This document shows, piece after piece, positions 1 to 11,709 of a stretch of DNA of 64,000 bases (positions are counted from its first letter, which is position 1; the number at the start of each line of letters is the position of its first letter). The notes beneath the pieces are model-generated. The model had not been told where the DNA came from and made no database searches. It saw nothing but the letters and a program-made list of their open reading frames with translations. This DNA comes from Diplonema japonicum (taxonomy: Eukaryota > Protista > Euglenozoa: Diplonemea), in the NCBI GenBank assembly GCA_964019335.1, contig OZ025695.1, positions 310,001 to 374,000 of the forward strand, written 5' to 3'. The position numbers and the translations under genes are program-made.

Positions 1-240
1 GACTATGAATTGCACCATTTCCGCACCTTCTACGCCTTCCTCCTCCTCAAGGATCCACTCCGTGTCGTCCCCGCAGGTTAGACAATAGCTTTCTGTGTGG
101 ACCCTGGCTATCGCTAGTTTCTTAAGACCCACGTTGCAGCTCTGGCATCTGTATGCCTTGTGCTTTATTCCTTTCGGAAGCCCGTGTTTCGGTGCCGCTG
201 TTAAATCTGTCAGCATTGATGCCGATGGGAGAGACACCAT
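1..240 (-). CDS. 5' part of a gene running off the window edge; N-terminal zinc-ribbon-like CxxC...CxxC
   Basis: ATG at 240 preceded by an A-run. Open frame to position 1: MVSLPSASML...YRCQSCNVGL...SYCLTCGDDTEW... Confidence 0.7.
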   Translation of the reverse strand, partial: MVSLPSASMLTDLTAAPKHGLPKGIKHKAYRCQSCNVGLKKLAIARVHTESYCLTCGDDTEWILEEEEGVEGAEMVQFIV

Positions 241-444
241 TTTTTTTGGGGGGGGGCTTTTTTTTTTGTGGGTAAATGACGTGTACCTGAATTTTTTTTT
301 TTTGGAATTTTTTTGTTTTGATGTGGGGGAGGGGGGGAGAAAGAAAATGTTATAGAGATGTGTAGTACCCTGAGGGTACAGGGGGGCAAGGGAGAATGAA
401 AGAAGAAAGTTAAAAAAAAAGTGGAAAAAAAAAATCGGAAAGGG

Positions 445-478
<34 letters not shown>

Positions 479-547
479 TTTCTATTTACCTCGGTTTTCC
501 CAAAATTCAGTTTTTTTTTTTTCTTTCCGCAATTTGTCAGGACAAAA

Positions 548-1090
548 AATAACTATTTATTGCCAACAAATTATGAGTCATTATTTAACGCGAGTTCCCG
601 AATTTTTTGCACGAGGGCCCTGCGGGCCCTCGTGCAAAAAAACGGGTAACGAGAGTTAAATAATGGCTCATTTGGCGGCAAGTAAGTCGTTTTATTTCAC
701 TCTTCGTCATTTGAGTCACTCACTCTTCACTGCTTTCACTGCTGTTTTTTTTCACGCAGGTCAGCCTTTTTGGGGAGTTTCCTAAGGTAATATGGGGTTG
801 CTATTTCGCCATGGCATTTAAAGGGGAAGTAAGGCACTTATTCCCACTAAGGGCTGGAATGGCCTCAGATGGCCAAAAATAGTCAAAATACCCCCACCCC
901 AAAAAATTTTTTCAAGGGGTTGGGTGCATTTTTTTCCACGGCGAGACTCATTTTCCCACTCTGAAGGCTAGTTAAATAATGGCGATTTCGCGTTAAATAA
1001 TGGCCGTTTCGCGTTAAATAATGGCCATTTCGCGTTAAATAATGAGGCCCCTAGTGAGTGAAGAAAATGACGAAGAGTGAAATAAAAAAA
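548..1090. mobile_element. Palindromic non-autonomous element, copy A (Crypton-like candidate)
   Basis: ~130-bp imperfect palindrome at 557-684 with an 18-bp perfect core (603-620/624-641). Inverted repeat at 691-724 vs 1053-1086. Four tandem GTTAAATAATG-type units at 971-1045. Homologous inverted copy at 19481-19945. Confidence 0.8.
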
Positions 1091-1092
1091 AG

Positions 1093-1735
1093 TTTTTTTG
1101 ATAAATTTCGGTGTGCGGGTGGGTGCTCACCGTTCAGGGAGAATTCCACACTAATCGGTCACCGTTCTGCGGTTGCTGTCTGGTGCCTGCGGTGGCTGTT
1201 TGTCGCGATGAGATGGACGGCATCTGAGCGAGAAACATTGCTTGGAGTCGTGCTAGGTAGGGGGCGGTTTGGCTCGAGGAGAAGAGTGGTCTCCTGTTGT
1301 AGCCGTGTGTCGTCGGGCCCCCAAGATGTCGAAGGGTGTGTACCCTTGTCTTTGCGTGGCGGGGAAAGCATTCTTCCCACTCTTTGCTGTGCACTTCTGA
1401 ATACGTCTTAAGATGTATCGCATCCTTCCAGCCTTCTCTGTGAGCCAGTCCTGGTCGTCGAGGGGTCCAGCCAAGGACTGTCGGGTGGCCTGCTCATAGT
1501 CTACTGCGAGCTCCATCGTCGTGACGGACGTCAACTTCCTGCCTGCGTACCATCTTAGGCTTTCAGCCACCTGAGGACGCTCTTTATGTAGAACATTAGG
1601 ACCTTTCCCGACGCTCCGTTCGATTTCAACAGCTCCACTGTGGGCACAGTGTGCTGCTTCCCTTTGTGATCTCATCCCACGGGTTGGTGGTGAGGATCCT
1701 GATGCTCCGTTCAGCCGCTCTGGCGTCTCGTCTTA
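1093..1735 (-). mobile_element. 5'-truncated, frameshifted 3' end of a non-LTR retroelement with short A tail
   Basis: Peptide LRW..ELAVDYE..SL.G..KAGRM..FPA plus shifted RVHTLRHLGG..GYNRRPLF aligns by eye with ORF 34824-35278. 3' ~280 nt homologous to 43251-43452. Ends in A7 on the minus strand. Confidence 0.6.
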
Positions 1736-1867
1736 AAAAAAACAAACTTTTTGCAAAAAAACCGAACCATTTTCAAACACAAAAAAAAAAAAAAAAAAAA
1801 AAAAAACGGCACCTAAACGATACAAGTATCTTTGGGAAAACCGTTTATTTACTAATAAGGACAGGGA

Positions 1868-1915
<48 letters not shown>

Positions 1916-2034
1916 GATGTTTAAAATTAAAACCATCCCTTAGAAAAGAAAAAAGAAAAAAAAAACGACGCGAAACTTTTTTTTTTATAAAAAAAATATA
2001 ACAACCGGAAAGCCCCCCCCCCACAAAAAAACCA

Positions 2035-4059
2035 TCATAGCAAGATATTGAAGTGCCCGCAGCCCACGTCCTTCACCACAAGCTTCGGATTGATCAGCCT
2101 GGCAAGCTCAGAAAGTGTCTCCAAACCCAACGCGGAGGGGAACTCATCGTCTCTTGTCGGCAGCTCGCCACCGTCCCACGCAAGCGAAAGCGATGTAAGC
2201 GAAGTAGTCTCTTTGATCAAACAAAGCAGCTCTGCAGAGGTATCAAGAACAGGCCCGATGACGAGATGCGACAGACTAGCAGGAAGGGAGTTCGTGAGCG
2301 AAGAGAGAACACGTTCAAACCCGGCATCCTTCGGAGTCCCCACTACACCAAGCGATGTGAGGCAAGGAAGTTTTTTCCCAATATCGTGAAACGCAGCCGG
2401 CGACAGATGCCTGTTCCCATCATGAAGATGAAATGTTTTCAAGTTCTCTTTTGGGAACGCACCGTTCGGCGGGTTTAAAATATCATCATCAACTATACTC
2501 GGGGGCAACAGGTACACTTCCAACCGTTCAAGTAAAGGACACACTTCAACAAGCCCCCACACCAGAGCGTTGGTGACGTCCCCGTACAAAATAGCGGTGG
2601 TGAGGTTTCTGAAGGAAGAAGTAGGGGTTCGCAGATTGTCCAGCAACGGGGAGGTTATGTCAAACAGTTCTGTTTGTAACACCAGCGAATCAGTGCCAAT
2701 GAGGTCGTGGTAAGCCGTCCAGTGCGGGTCCCACCCCGCGGCTTCAACGTGAAGCTCCTTTAAGGAAAAACTTCGGAATAGTTCTTGCAGAGTTTTATGC
2801 GACATTTGGCTTGTTGGTGCCGCGGCAACCCATTTCTCCCCCCCGTCCGAACCGGCCTTCAACCGCAAACGTTCGATTTTCGGGCACTTCTCCTTCAGAG
2901 TTGCAACGTCGGACGCGCACCATGTAAAACCTGCTGCGACTGTGAGGTCGATGAGGTTGGCAGAGCTCCATGTTATGTTTAAAATGTCGTTCATGGACAG
3001 TGGTGTGCCGGATCCTTCAAAAACAGCCAGGGAGGAAAGGTTTGGCAGGCAGCATTTTCCTGTGAAGACGGAGGAGCTTACGTTTTCCAAACGCAATTTT
3101 CTCAGGCTCCCGTGTGAGATTTTGTCGGTTGTGTGCCCCGCCCAGCAGCTTGAGTCGCACCGAACGGTTGTTAACGTCAACGACGACAGGCATTTCGACC
3201 CGTTCAGGATAAAATTCATCACGGGGCCTGGTTGTGTGTCTGTCTCTGTGATATCGGAGCCCTGTCTTGGATAGTTTAGAAACTCTTTTAAATTCGAACA
3301 ATTTTTCACAGCCTCCCTCACAAGCCAAAACGGCGGGGTACCCTTCAGTTCCAACGCGCGGAGGTGCGGGGAGGCCCGCATCACGAATCCCACAACACCA
3401 GCGTACCTTTCTTGCACGTCGCAATTCAACGCAAAGCACTTTAACCTTAAGTTAGCCAGCGACCATCTTATTAACATAGAAGCAAGATGCTTGTTGAATA
3501 TGTGGTCTGTTATGTCGAGCACTTCAAGGGAAGGGGGGATCATGCGGTGCATTGCGACGCACGTTTGATGGAAGGAAACAATCGAAGAGAATGTGGAAAA
3601 CAGGCAGATGGGAGTTAGCACCTCAGCAGGGAGGAGTAAGAAGTGGGAGAAAATCGGCCGCCGTCGCTTCTGCTGGCTGTGGGTCGGCGTGGTAGAGGAC
3701 CGTTTCCTTTTTCTTATGACGTGTGTGAAGGCGGACGGTTCATGGAGAGGGGCGAGGAGGGGTGAGGGTGTAGGGGATTTTCCAAAAGACCTTAGTGACG
3801 TGGCCCGGGAAGGTGTAAAACAACAACTGCTTTCATCTTCGCTGTCGTTTGATAAAACTGTTGCGCTCCTCCACTCAGCCACAGCGGCAGGTAGGCTCCT
3901 TGCTGTGTCTGAGCCTTTTACATCCCCGACAGGTGGTGGGCTTCTCAGCTTTCCCGTGCTGCTCTCATCCCCCTTGTCGTCTTCTAACCCGGGGTACCCT
4001 ATCTCACCGTCGTTTAGAACAAAGCATGTTTTCTTTTCGGAAGAGCTGATGTGGCTCAT
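2035..4059 (-). CDS. F-box/LRR-repeat-like protein (674 aa)
   Basis: Long ORF, polyA before ATG, F-box-like LLLPAEVLTPICLF followed by degenerate LxxLxL repeats. Confidence 0.75.
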   Translation of the reverse strand: MSHISSSEKKTCFVLNDGEIGYPGLEDDKGDESSTGKLRSPPPVGDVKGSDTARSLPAAVAEWRSATVLSNDSEDESSCCFTPSRATSLRSFGKSPTPSPLLAPLHEPSAFTHVIRKRKRSSTTPTHSQQKRRRPIFSHFLLLPAEVLTPICLFSTFSSIVSFHQTCVAMHRMIPPSLEVLDITDHIFNKHLASMLIRWSLANLRLKCFALNCDVQERYAGVVGFVMRASPHLRALELKGTPPFWLVREAVKNCSNLKEFLNYPRQGSDITETDTQPGPVMNFILNGSKCLSSLTLTTVRCDSSCWAGHTTDKISHGSLRKLRLENVSSSVFTGKCCLPNLSSLAVFEGSGTPLSMNDILNITWSSANLIDLTVAAGFTWCASDVATLKEKCPKIERLRLKAGSDGGEKWVAAAPTSQMSHKTLQELFRSFSLKELHVEAAGWDPHWTAYHDLIGTDSLVLQTELFDITSPLLDNLRTPTSSFRNLTTAILYGDVTNALVWGLVEVCPLLERLEVYLLPPSIVDDDILNPPNGAFPKENLKTFHLHDGNRHLSPAAFHDIGKKLPCLTSLGVVGTPKDAGFERVLSSLTNSLPASLSHLVIGPVLDTSAELLCLIKETTSLTSLSLAWDGGELPTRDDEFPSALGLETLSELARLINPKLVVKDVGCGHFNILL

Positions 4060-4767
4060 TTTTTTTTTTTTTTTTGTGCTGTGGGGTTTTTTTTTTTTTT
4101 TTTTTTGGCACGGTATACAAATAGAAAAAGAAGAAATTAAGGAGGGTGGGGAGGGTGAGAAAATTTGATACCCTCTACGTGGCGAAATAAAAAGAAGAAA
4201 GAAAAGAAAAGAAAAAGTTTCTCGTTTCTTTCTTCTTGTTTCTTTGCTTACTTTGTAGTGTATCCACCCCCCCCCCCTTTTTATTTAAAAAAACCGACAA
4301 AAGCTTGTTGTAACAAAGAAGAAAAGAAACAAAAAAAAAAAAAGGTGCGGAAGCCAGTATTATATTTGCAAAAAAAAAAAAAAAAAAAAAAAAAAAGGTT
4401 GATTGTTGTTTGTGCACAGCCGGGATTAACCTGTAGAAGGATAAGCCCAACAATGCTACCACTACTCTTTTTAGCAATAACAATTCATTATCAATATATT
4501 GTTTTTCTTGTTCATGCAAAAAAAAAAAAAATTCTTCCAGACCCCTCCTGGTGAAGGGAGGGGGTGGGGGAGGGATGGGGTTTTTCTTTTTTTTTTATCT
4601 TATTTTGAGAGAAAGTTTGAAACGACACAGGGCGACGCCCAAGCCTTCTTCAGGTCGCTTGCGGGCCTCATCACCCCCCTTTCTTTTTCCACTCCTTTGG
4701 CTATTGAACCACTAGTTCAACACCTCTTAGAGCTCACTCGAAGGTTTTGCCTCTCCTTTTGTATAAT

Positions 4768-4812
<45 letters not shown>

Positions 4813-5406
4813 GTTGTTGTCTCCTATTATCTTGCTTCTCTCTTTTTTTTTTTTGATGTGTTCTTCCTTCCCTTCCTCCCCCCTCTTTTTTGGTCTCTTG
4901 AACCCAACCTGGAAATTATCGCATACAAAGAAAAAAAAAAAAAAAAAGAAAAAAAGACCCTCAGGAGAAAACCATTAGGTAAAAGTTGCAGTCGTCTATT
5001 TACGTTGGTATAGTTAGACCCGACACATCGCAGGATGCCCTCCCTGCTGTTTATCTGTTTAGTTATGATGCTTTCAGTCGTGGCAACCAGAAGGAAAGGG
5101 TGTACAAAAAAAAAAAAAAAAAAAAAAAGAGTGGAGGGGAAGGGAGATAGGCTTGGCTAAATATTGTAAATATTGTAAAAAGTGAAGAAGATAAAAGAGA
5201 AAAAAAAAATGTCGCGGCTGACAATTCCCCCCCCCCCCCCCCCCCGGGGCGGCCTCAACTTTTTTCTTCTTCTTTCATTTTTTTTTTCTTTTTTTTTTTT
5301 TTTACAGCATTTCTTGATTCGCTCATATAACGATGAGGAAATAAGCCCATTCAGGTGGGGAAAAGGCATTTTTCAGTTTTGAACGAAAAACTAAAAAAGT
5401 ACGAGA

Positions 5407-5438
<32 letters not shown>

Positions 5439-7687
5439 AGGTGAATAGTTTCCCTTTCAAGTCGGAAGAAAAAAGAAAAGAAAAAGGTGTCTTTGAAGGG
5501 AACTTGCATGTAACAGGGCCGCTTAACGACAATCATTTTTGATCCTTTCTGTGGTGGTGCCTTAAGCCGCAATTTCCGTGTATTTTTTGTTGCCCTCATA
5601 CAGAGAGATAAAAAAAAAAAAAAAGGAAAAAAAAAAAAATTGTCCTTACAACAAACTGAGCAGTACCTGCTGAAGAAGGAAAAAAAAAAAAAAAAACTAC
5701 TATTACGCAACTTAAGAAGGGTGAGGGTGTTACAAACCACTTCAAGGAAAAAAAAAAGCCCTTATTTGTTAAAAAAAGGGTATGAGAATAATAATAAAAA
5801 AAAAACTTTAAAAAAAAAATGGGGCCAAATCTGCCCCTAACCCGAAGAGTTAAAAGTGTACACTTTTTTTTTCATAGGGCGAACATCGATTTTTCTTTCT
5901 TTTTTTTTTTTTACCTGAGGAATGTTCTTCTGAAGACTCGATTTCTTTGGTTTACAGTGCGCCCTCCCCCCCCCCCCCCCCCTAGTGCCTCTTCAACACT
6001 TTCAGTAAAAAAGGGGGAGGGGGAAGGGGCTGGGGAAAAAAAAAAAAAAACCAGAATTACCAAAAAAAAAAATCGCCATAAAAAAGAGCGGACAGAGGAG
6101 TGTTCGTTGATCCACCGGGAAAATTAAAAAAGAAAAAAAAAGAAAAAAAAAAAAAAAAAACAGGCAAGTTATTCTTTTATTGTTGTACCTTGCAACCTAA
6201 AAAAAAACTTTTCTTTCTGAGGCTACTTTTTTTAAAGGGGTTTTAGGATGACGGCTGGCGCCACGCATAGGACAGGCTCTCCACCCCCCGGCCCCTCTAG
6301 ACGTGTATAACCACAACTACAAGTTTAGGCTGCAAGGTACGATTTGTGCAATTCTTTTTTTTTTTATTCCTTTTTTTTTTTATTTTTTTTTTTGTTTGCC
6401 CAAATAAATAAAAGTGTTTTCCCATTCATCACAAAAAGAAGAACGATTCTTTTTTTTTTCCTCCCCCACTCCCTCGTGCCTCTTAAACACTTAAGACGGG
6501 GGTGGAAAAGAAAGGGGAGGGGGAGGGGAGAAGGAAAGTTCATTATTTTTATTTCATTTCACTATTCTGAAATCATCTTGACGCACTCAGGGGCTCACTA
6601 CTTCATTTGAAGCAATGGCCTGTTTTCCCTAGGTTCAGTCCCCAAGGCCTGGAAGACTGCCTGAGGAGCCAAGAGTTAGGTGGCAACGAAGCGAAAAATA
6701 AAATCTCAGAGTGGTCGTGGAATAAAAACCCGCCGAGGATGGCAGGTAAATAGCTATGGGTTCCTTATACACTCGCACAAGTTTAAAATTAGGTGTTTTT
6801 TCTTTCTTTTATTCTTCTTTTTTTCTTTTTCATCTTCCGTTCAAGGGAAAAGAGTGGGGGGAAAAATCGGCGCTTAACTAGACAGGGGACAATGCTTTTG
6901 TGTCCAACCCTTGATATTTTTATTTTTATTTTTTATCTTTTTATTGCAATACAAAGCTATTGCACTAATGTCTTTCGGTAGTTAACTGGGCGACCATCCC
7001 ATCTTTTCCCTCCCTTCACTGACCTGTCCCTCCCTCTTGCATACGAGAAGAAGAAAAGAAGAAAAAAAAAAAAAAAAAAAAAAACAGAAGGAAATAAAAA
7101 AGAAAAGAAAAAGAAAAGTCCCTCCCTAACATTTCCTCTTTCTCTTTTTTTTCTTTTTAAAGAAAAGAAAAAGATGACCCGTGCTTCATAGAATATAGAA
7201 AAAAAAGGGGGGGGAGAATGGTCTGTCATTTGTAGCACGGGTCCAGGAAGTTTTAACTTTTGCTGCATACGAAAGGGGGTGGGGAAAGAAAGGGAGAAAA
7301 AAATGACAACAATACGAAAAAAAAAAAAAAGAAAAAAAAAAGAGAGAATTGAGGAGGGAGGGCTGAAGCAGCCTCCTGTCACAGCTATGCCCCTCTCTTT
7401 GGGACGTGGTGAAGAAAAAGATCGATCGAAAGAAAAATAAAAAATCAGAAAAATAAGCCCCCCCCCCCCCCCCTCTTTATCATCCCTTCTTTTTTCATCT
7501 AATTCGGACGAGCAACTGCAACACACCTCATGGGGCAGCAGTTGCTGGGAAAAAAAAAAAAAAAAAAAAAAAAAAAAGCAAATAAGAAATAGTTATTTAT
7601 TAAAAAAAAAAAAAATAATAATAATAACGGCTGTCACCTAGCGGTAAATATCACAAAAAAAAAAAAAAAAAAAAAAAAAAAACACAT

Positions 7688-9898
7688 TCAACACCATGTA
7701 ACCACAGACCCGTCCATCGAGAAAGCGGTAACGGGCCCTCTTCGCGTAGACAGCGGGGTTCGCGGTGACAACAGCCGAGGCGACACAGGCGTCAACGGGG
7801 GGAAAGAGTCCGCACCTCCCTCTAACGGGCTCATCGTAGGCGTACGCGTCTTCTGAAGCAAATGCGGCCTCCGCAATTCCCTCCCCCGCCCATGCGCACT
7901 TGACGTCGACCGAGGCCGGGGCGACCCCGTCGAATCCCTACTGCTTTCCCTCATCGAAATAGAATCCTGAACCTCCAAAAAATCAGATATCACAGACATT
8001 TGTTCCGGAGCATTACTAAAACGGTCTTCTCGAAGCAGAGGTAAAGAGTCGGTCCTGGACAACATTAAAGGCTCATTTAAAACCATGAACTCAACTCCAT
8101 CTTCCTCGTGGGTTTTCTGCAACGACTCGTTATGCATTGCCTGTAATCTATTCCGCCTCCCGAGGATTAAAATAACCAAAAACTCCGAAATGACGTCAAG
8201 CAGCGTCCGTATTATCACTACAATCGTCGCGATCTGAACGAGCAAAGCCGAGACATAGAACAATGTTGCGTCCTCCGGTTGTTCACCAGAATACCCTATC
8301 GATGACAAAAGCAGTGCGACTCCTTGAAGCAACAGTTCCAGCGATAGTAAGAACTGGTCCCAGATTCTGTTTCGCGGGCATGTTTTGACAGTAATGATGA
8401 ATGCGATCCACATCACTCCCGACATAGCCATGTTGCCTATGCTGCACTGGTTGGCGTTGCTTAACGGAATCCCTCGTATTACACCTAAGAACAATGTGCA
8501 GGATAGGGTGACGTTGACGAACCATGCTTTGCCGCCTTTTGATTCGTGGAACAGCACCCCAACCCTCTGCCGCGTTAGGGAGACAGGTGACGCGTTGACC
8601 CATTCCCCTGGACCGATTAACCATATCATTGGCCGTTGTATTTTTGGGTCTTTTTTGTGGACCATTTTTCGAGAAGCGTTTTTAACAAGGCGTGCGACCA
8701 TAACTGGGTAGAAGACGCTCATGAAGCAGCCGAATATTCCAATAACGATCCTGCCGTCGCCGACTGTGAACAGGACCCTCCAACTACACAGGGTGACACC
8801 CGGGTACAGAAATAGAATCCCGATCACTGAAACCGACGGAAATCGAACAGCCGCCGCGGAAGTTTTCACATTTTCAGCTTTCCGGTCACCAGCACCGAAA
8901 ATCGGGACTTTAATCGAAGTATGAGACGCGATACAAGATGTTATACCCAACAGCATGACGTGGAGCATGAACAAAGATAAAGACAATGCTGTATTCGCCG
9001 CAGAGCAGCCAAGATACGCATTCCCGTCAATTTGTATCCCAGTAGGATGCATGAATGTGGAGAGATCACGCATTCGCAAACAGTCGTCCTTTACCAAACC
9101 GATGACACCGAGAGATGCTACCCCCGAACCCCCTGCGAGGACGGATGCCACGCCGGTGGTAGCCTGTGTTGTCGTTTCGACTTCTTCAGACGAGAGGGGG
9201 GGTTTCTTCAAGGGTTGTACGGGAACGGAAACAGACACCTTCTCGTCAGACGTTAAACGAATTATAAGCGTCTCCCCAGCGTACCCAAGCGTTCCGACTG
9301 GGTACGGGCCTAGTTGATATATAATTGTCGATATATTCTGCGACGACATTGTCACGTAGTTGTTGGCCTTGTTGTCGAGCTTGCTCCCCTTCGTTGTGCT
9401 TGATGTAGTGATGATTGGGTCGTTTGCAGAGGACACGGTTTTTAGCAAAGCGGCAACGCTGGCACCATTTGTTTCCGTTACGGATATTAGGACGCCGTTT
9501 CTTTCGATGTCCTTTTCGGTTGCTGTTGAGACGGAGCTCGTTATTATGTATCGCGGTACCGGTGGGGGCGGTGCATTTGTGAGCGGTGCACCTGTTTTCG
9601 GTGCTGTTGTTCCCGGTGATTGTGTCTCCGGTGCGTCTGTGTCAAATATCTGAAGTGTTTCCGTTGTTGTCGCATTCTCACACGTGCACTTGCAGTCGTA
9701 GTTGTAAGTCACGATCATGTCATAGCACGTGTAGTGACATGTTGGGCAAGGTTTGAAGTCGGCACAGGTCAGCCCTGTCTGCACGGATTCTTTCTCCACG
9801 CAAGACGGGTCTGGGGGTTGGCCTTGCCCGGTCCCCGCCAAGCCGCATAGCAGGACCAAACAAGGGATCAGGGCTGTAATGTGAGGGCTACCCCGCAT
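7688..9898 (-). CDS. Signal-peptide, Cys-rich/Pro-Thr stalk, multi-pass (~9 TM) membrane protein
   Basis: True start likely ATG 9898 (MRGSPHITALIPCLVLL); TDAP repeats; many hydrophobic helices; LSTFMHPTG motif typical of a euglenozoan surface membrane family. Confidence 0.8.
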   Translation of the reverse strand: MRGSPHITALIPCLVLLCGLAGTGQGQPPDPSCVEKESVQTGLTCADFKPCPTCHYTCYDMIVTYNYDCKCTCENATTTETLQIFDTDAPETQSPGTTAPKTGAPLTNAPPPPVPRYIITSSVSTATEKDIERNGVLISVTETNGASVAALLKTVSSANDPIITTSSTTKGSKLDNKANNYVTMSSQNISTIIYQLGPYPVGTLGYAGETLIIRLTSDEKVSVSVPVQPLKKPPLSSEEVETTTQATTGVASVLAGGSGVASLGVIGLVKDDCLRMRDLSTFMHPTGIQIDGNAYLGCSAANTALSLSLFMLHVMLLGITSCIASHTSIKVPIFGAGDRKAENVKTSAAAVRFPSVSVIGILFLYPGVTLCSWRVLFTVGDGRIVIGIFGCFMSVFYPVMVARLVKNASRKMVHKKDPKIQRPMIWLIGPGEWVNASPVSLTRQRVGVLFHESKGGKAWFVNVTLSCTLFLGVIRGIPLSNANQCSIGNMAMSGVMWIAFIITVKTCPRNRIWDQFLLSLELLLQGVALLLSSIGYSGEQPEDATLFYVSALLVQIATIVVIIRTLLDVISEFLVILILGRRNRLQAMHNESLQKTHEEDGVEFMVLNEPLMLSRTDSLPLLREDRFSNAPEQMSVISDFLEVQDSISMRESSRDSTGSPRPRSTSSAHGRGRELRRPHLLQKTRTPTMSPLEGGADSFPPLTPVSPRLLSPRTPLSTRRGPVTAFSMDGSVVTWC

Positions 9899-9974
9899 TT
9901 CCCCCCTCCCCTGTAATAATGATTTTTTTTTTTGAGAAAATAAATAAATAAAAAAGTAAGAGGGGGGGGTTCCA

Positions 9975-11441
9975 TCACAACTTCGACGCATCGCAGAAAT
10001 CAGGGACTTCTCCGAAAAGTACGTGCCACCAGTGTTGGTGCAACGGGCGATATCCCTCGTAGGTGTGGGTGAGTAAGTGAAGCAGCTCCCAACGCGTTTT
10101 CTCCCGTTCGCGAAAGAGCGCCGAATGTGGAAGCACGAAGAAAGGCGGAAACGCACGGAACTTCACAGGGTTAGGGATCTTCTCAAGCCCGGCATCGTAT
10201 CGAGGGTTCCCAAAGAACCTGTTCCATGTCAGGTGGAGCGCTTCCTGCAAGCCGTCGTTTGAGGTAAGACACGCGGCACCTATGACAGGAACGAAACGGT
10301 CCGATGCATTGGCAGCAGAAACGGCACTGCTCACCGCCTTCATAAGAACCTCTTTTGAATAGAAATAATCAGTAACCCAAGCCTCTCCAGGGACGAATAC
10401 GTAAGCGTCAACTTGAGGTACTTCGTCCAAACTGACTAGAAACGAGGCGAAACCCAATGTGGGGTGTATGTGCTTCCCTGCGAAAAAAACATCCTGGACC
10501 TTCGTTGACAATGTGTCGAAAATGTACAGAACCGACTCGGGGTGTGTCTGGTTGTTGTCGTTGCGCAACAAGGGCTGCGGGTTGACGTCGGCCGCGACGC
10601 ATTTCGAGACACTGTGATCGGTGTGTTGGAACAGAACAGGGAAGGCCATTTCATAGAAAGCCTCATGGTGGCCATCAGTACCGGATTCGTGGTGTTCCAG
10701 AAGGTTGCGGTACAAATCTGCATCGTGAAAATGTACAAAACTGTTCGGGATGGCGAAACTGTTGCCAAGCACACCAGATACAGCAGCGTCCGGACCGAGC
10801 TCTTTAAAGCCGCGGAGGTACGGGTCCGCGTTCCATATTGCTTTGAACAACGGTGTTAGTTTGTTGTGCAGAAACGCGGCGTTCGTCGGGAAAAGCGGTT
10901 GAAATGACTCGATTTTACACGTTTCCACCGATCTTATCAAATTCAGCAGGTGTTGAATATTTTCCCCTCGTGCGAAGGACATATCAACAAATACTACGGT
11001 TTCAGGTGGGTGCTGCACAGATGTTCTAAGCCTACCAGATCGCTGCATCATCAGAAACTCTAAAAATGCGGCGGTAGGGGTGTTGCAGTGTCTTCTAGTG
11101 CCCGCCCATACCCTTACCCCTGCGGTTTCCACCATTATGCGTACTGTCTCGGTGTCAGATTCTGTTGGTGTTACACCGCCGATCACGACTACGATTTTGT
11201 TGTCTAAGGTTGTCGGTTCCGCGGGGCGTGTTCTGAAGGCCATTTGCATGGTTTTTTCCGGCATGGAGGAGTGTTTCCGTTTTGGGGTAATCCATTTGGT
11301 TTTCGCAGGGTTAACGAGTTGTGTTTTGACTTCTAGATGCGGTTGTTCGTCCTGTTTGTCATGGACGATATCACGTTTGAACTGGACCCATAGCAGGACC
11401 ACCGTGAGGGCTGTTAAAATACCGCGGAAGTATTTCTTCAT
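9975..11441 (-). CDS. Type II membrane protein, DUF3431-like (putative glyco-modifying)
   Basis: N-terminal signal anchor; C-terminal FFVLPH..RE...WHVLFGE resembling DUF3431, apparently two degenerate domains. Confidence 0.7.
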   Translation of the reverse strand: MKKYFRGILTALTVVLLWVQFKRDIVHDKQDEQPHLEVKTQLVNPAKTKWITPKRKHSSMPEKTMQMAFRTRPAEPTTLDNKIVVVIGGVTPTESDTETVRIMVETAGVRVWAGTRRHCNTPTAAFLEFLMMQRSGRLRTSVQHPPETVVFVDMSFARGENIQHLLNLIRSVETCKIESFQPLFPTNAAFLHNKLTPLFKAIWNADPYLRGFKELGPDAAVSGVLGNSFAIPNSFVHFHDADLYRNLLEHHESGTDGHHEAFYEMAFPVLFQHTDHSVSKCVAADVNPQPLLRNDNNQTHPESVLYIFDTLSTKVQDVFFAGKHIHPTLGFASFLVSLDEVPQVDAYVFVPGEAWVTDYFYSKEVLMKAVSSAVSAANASDRFVPVIGAACLTSNDGLQEALHLTWNRFFGNPRYDAGLEKIPNPVKFRAFPPFFVLPHSALFREREKTRWELLHLLTHTYEGYRPLHQHWWHVLFGEVPDFCDASKL

Positions 11442-11631
11442 GTGAACATACTTTTTTTTTTTTATAATATACCCTTTTACTTTTTTTTTTTTTCCAAAAC
11501 TTTTTTTTTCGAAATAATAACAACAACAGAAGGGGGGGGAAAAAAAAAGGGGGGGGAAATCTTTTTTTTAAAAGCAAAGAAAATTAAAACAATAGGGAGG
11601 GGGATTTTTTTTTTTTATTCTAAACTGAAGC

Positions 11632-11668
<37 letters not shown>

Positions 11669-11709
11669 GATTGCACTTCGTATCTTTTTTTTTTCTTCCT
11701 TTTTTTTTT

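Noticed and set aside
6580-6690. ingi/SIDER-type HDV-like ribozyme signature
   Set aside because: Only a short GAGCCAAGAG resemblance; the nested double pseudoknot could not be built.
4165-7526. Many F/K-rich ORFs in spacers and plus-strand ORFs opposite genes
   Set aside because: Products of homopolymer runs or antisense shadows; no protein-like composition.
9975-9990. C-terminal SKL as a peroxisomal signal
   Set aside because: The protein has an N-terminal signal anchor, so the C-terminus should be lumenal; likely coincidence.
9899-10156. Overlap of the 822-aa ORF with the upstream gene
   Set aside because: ORF-caller extension; the signal peptide and acceptor context place the start at 9898.
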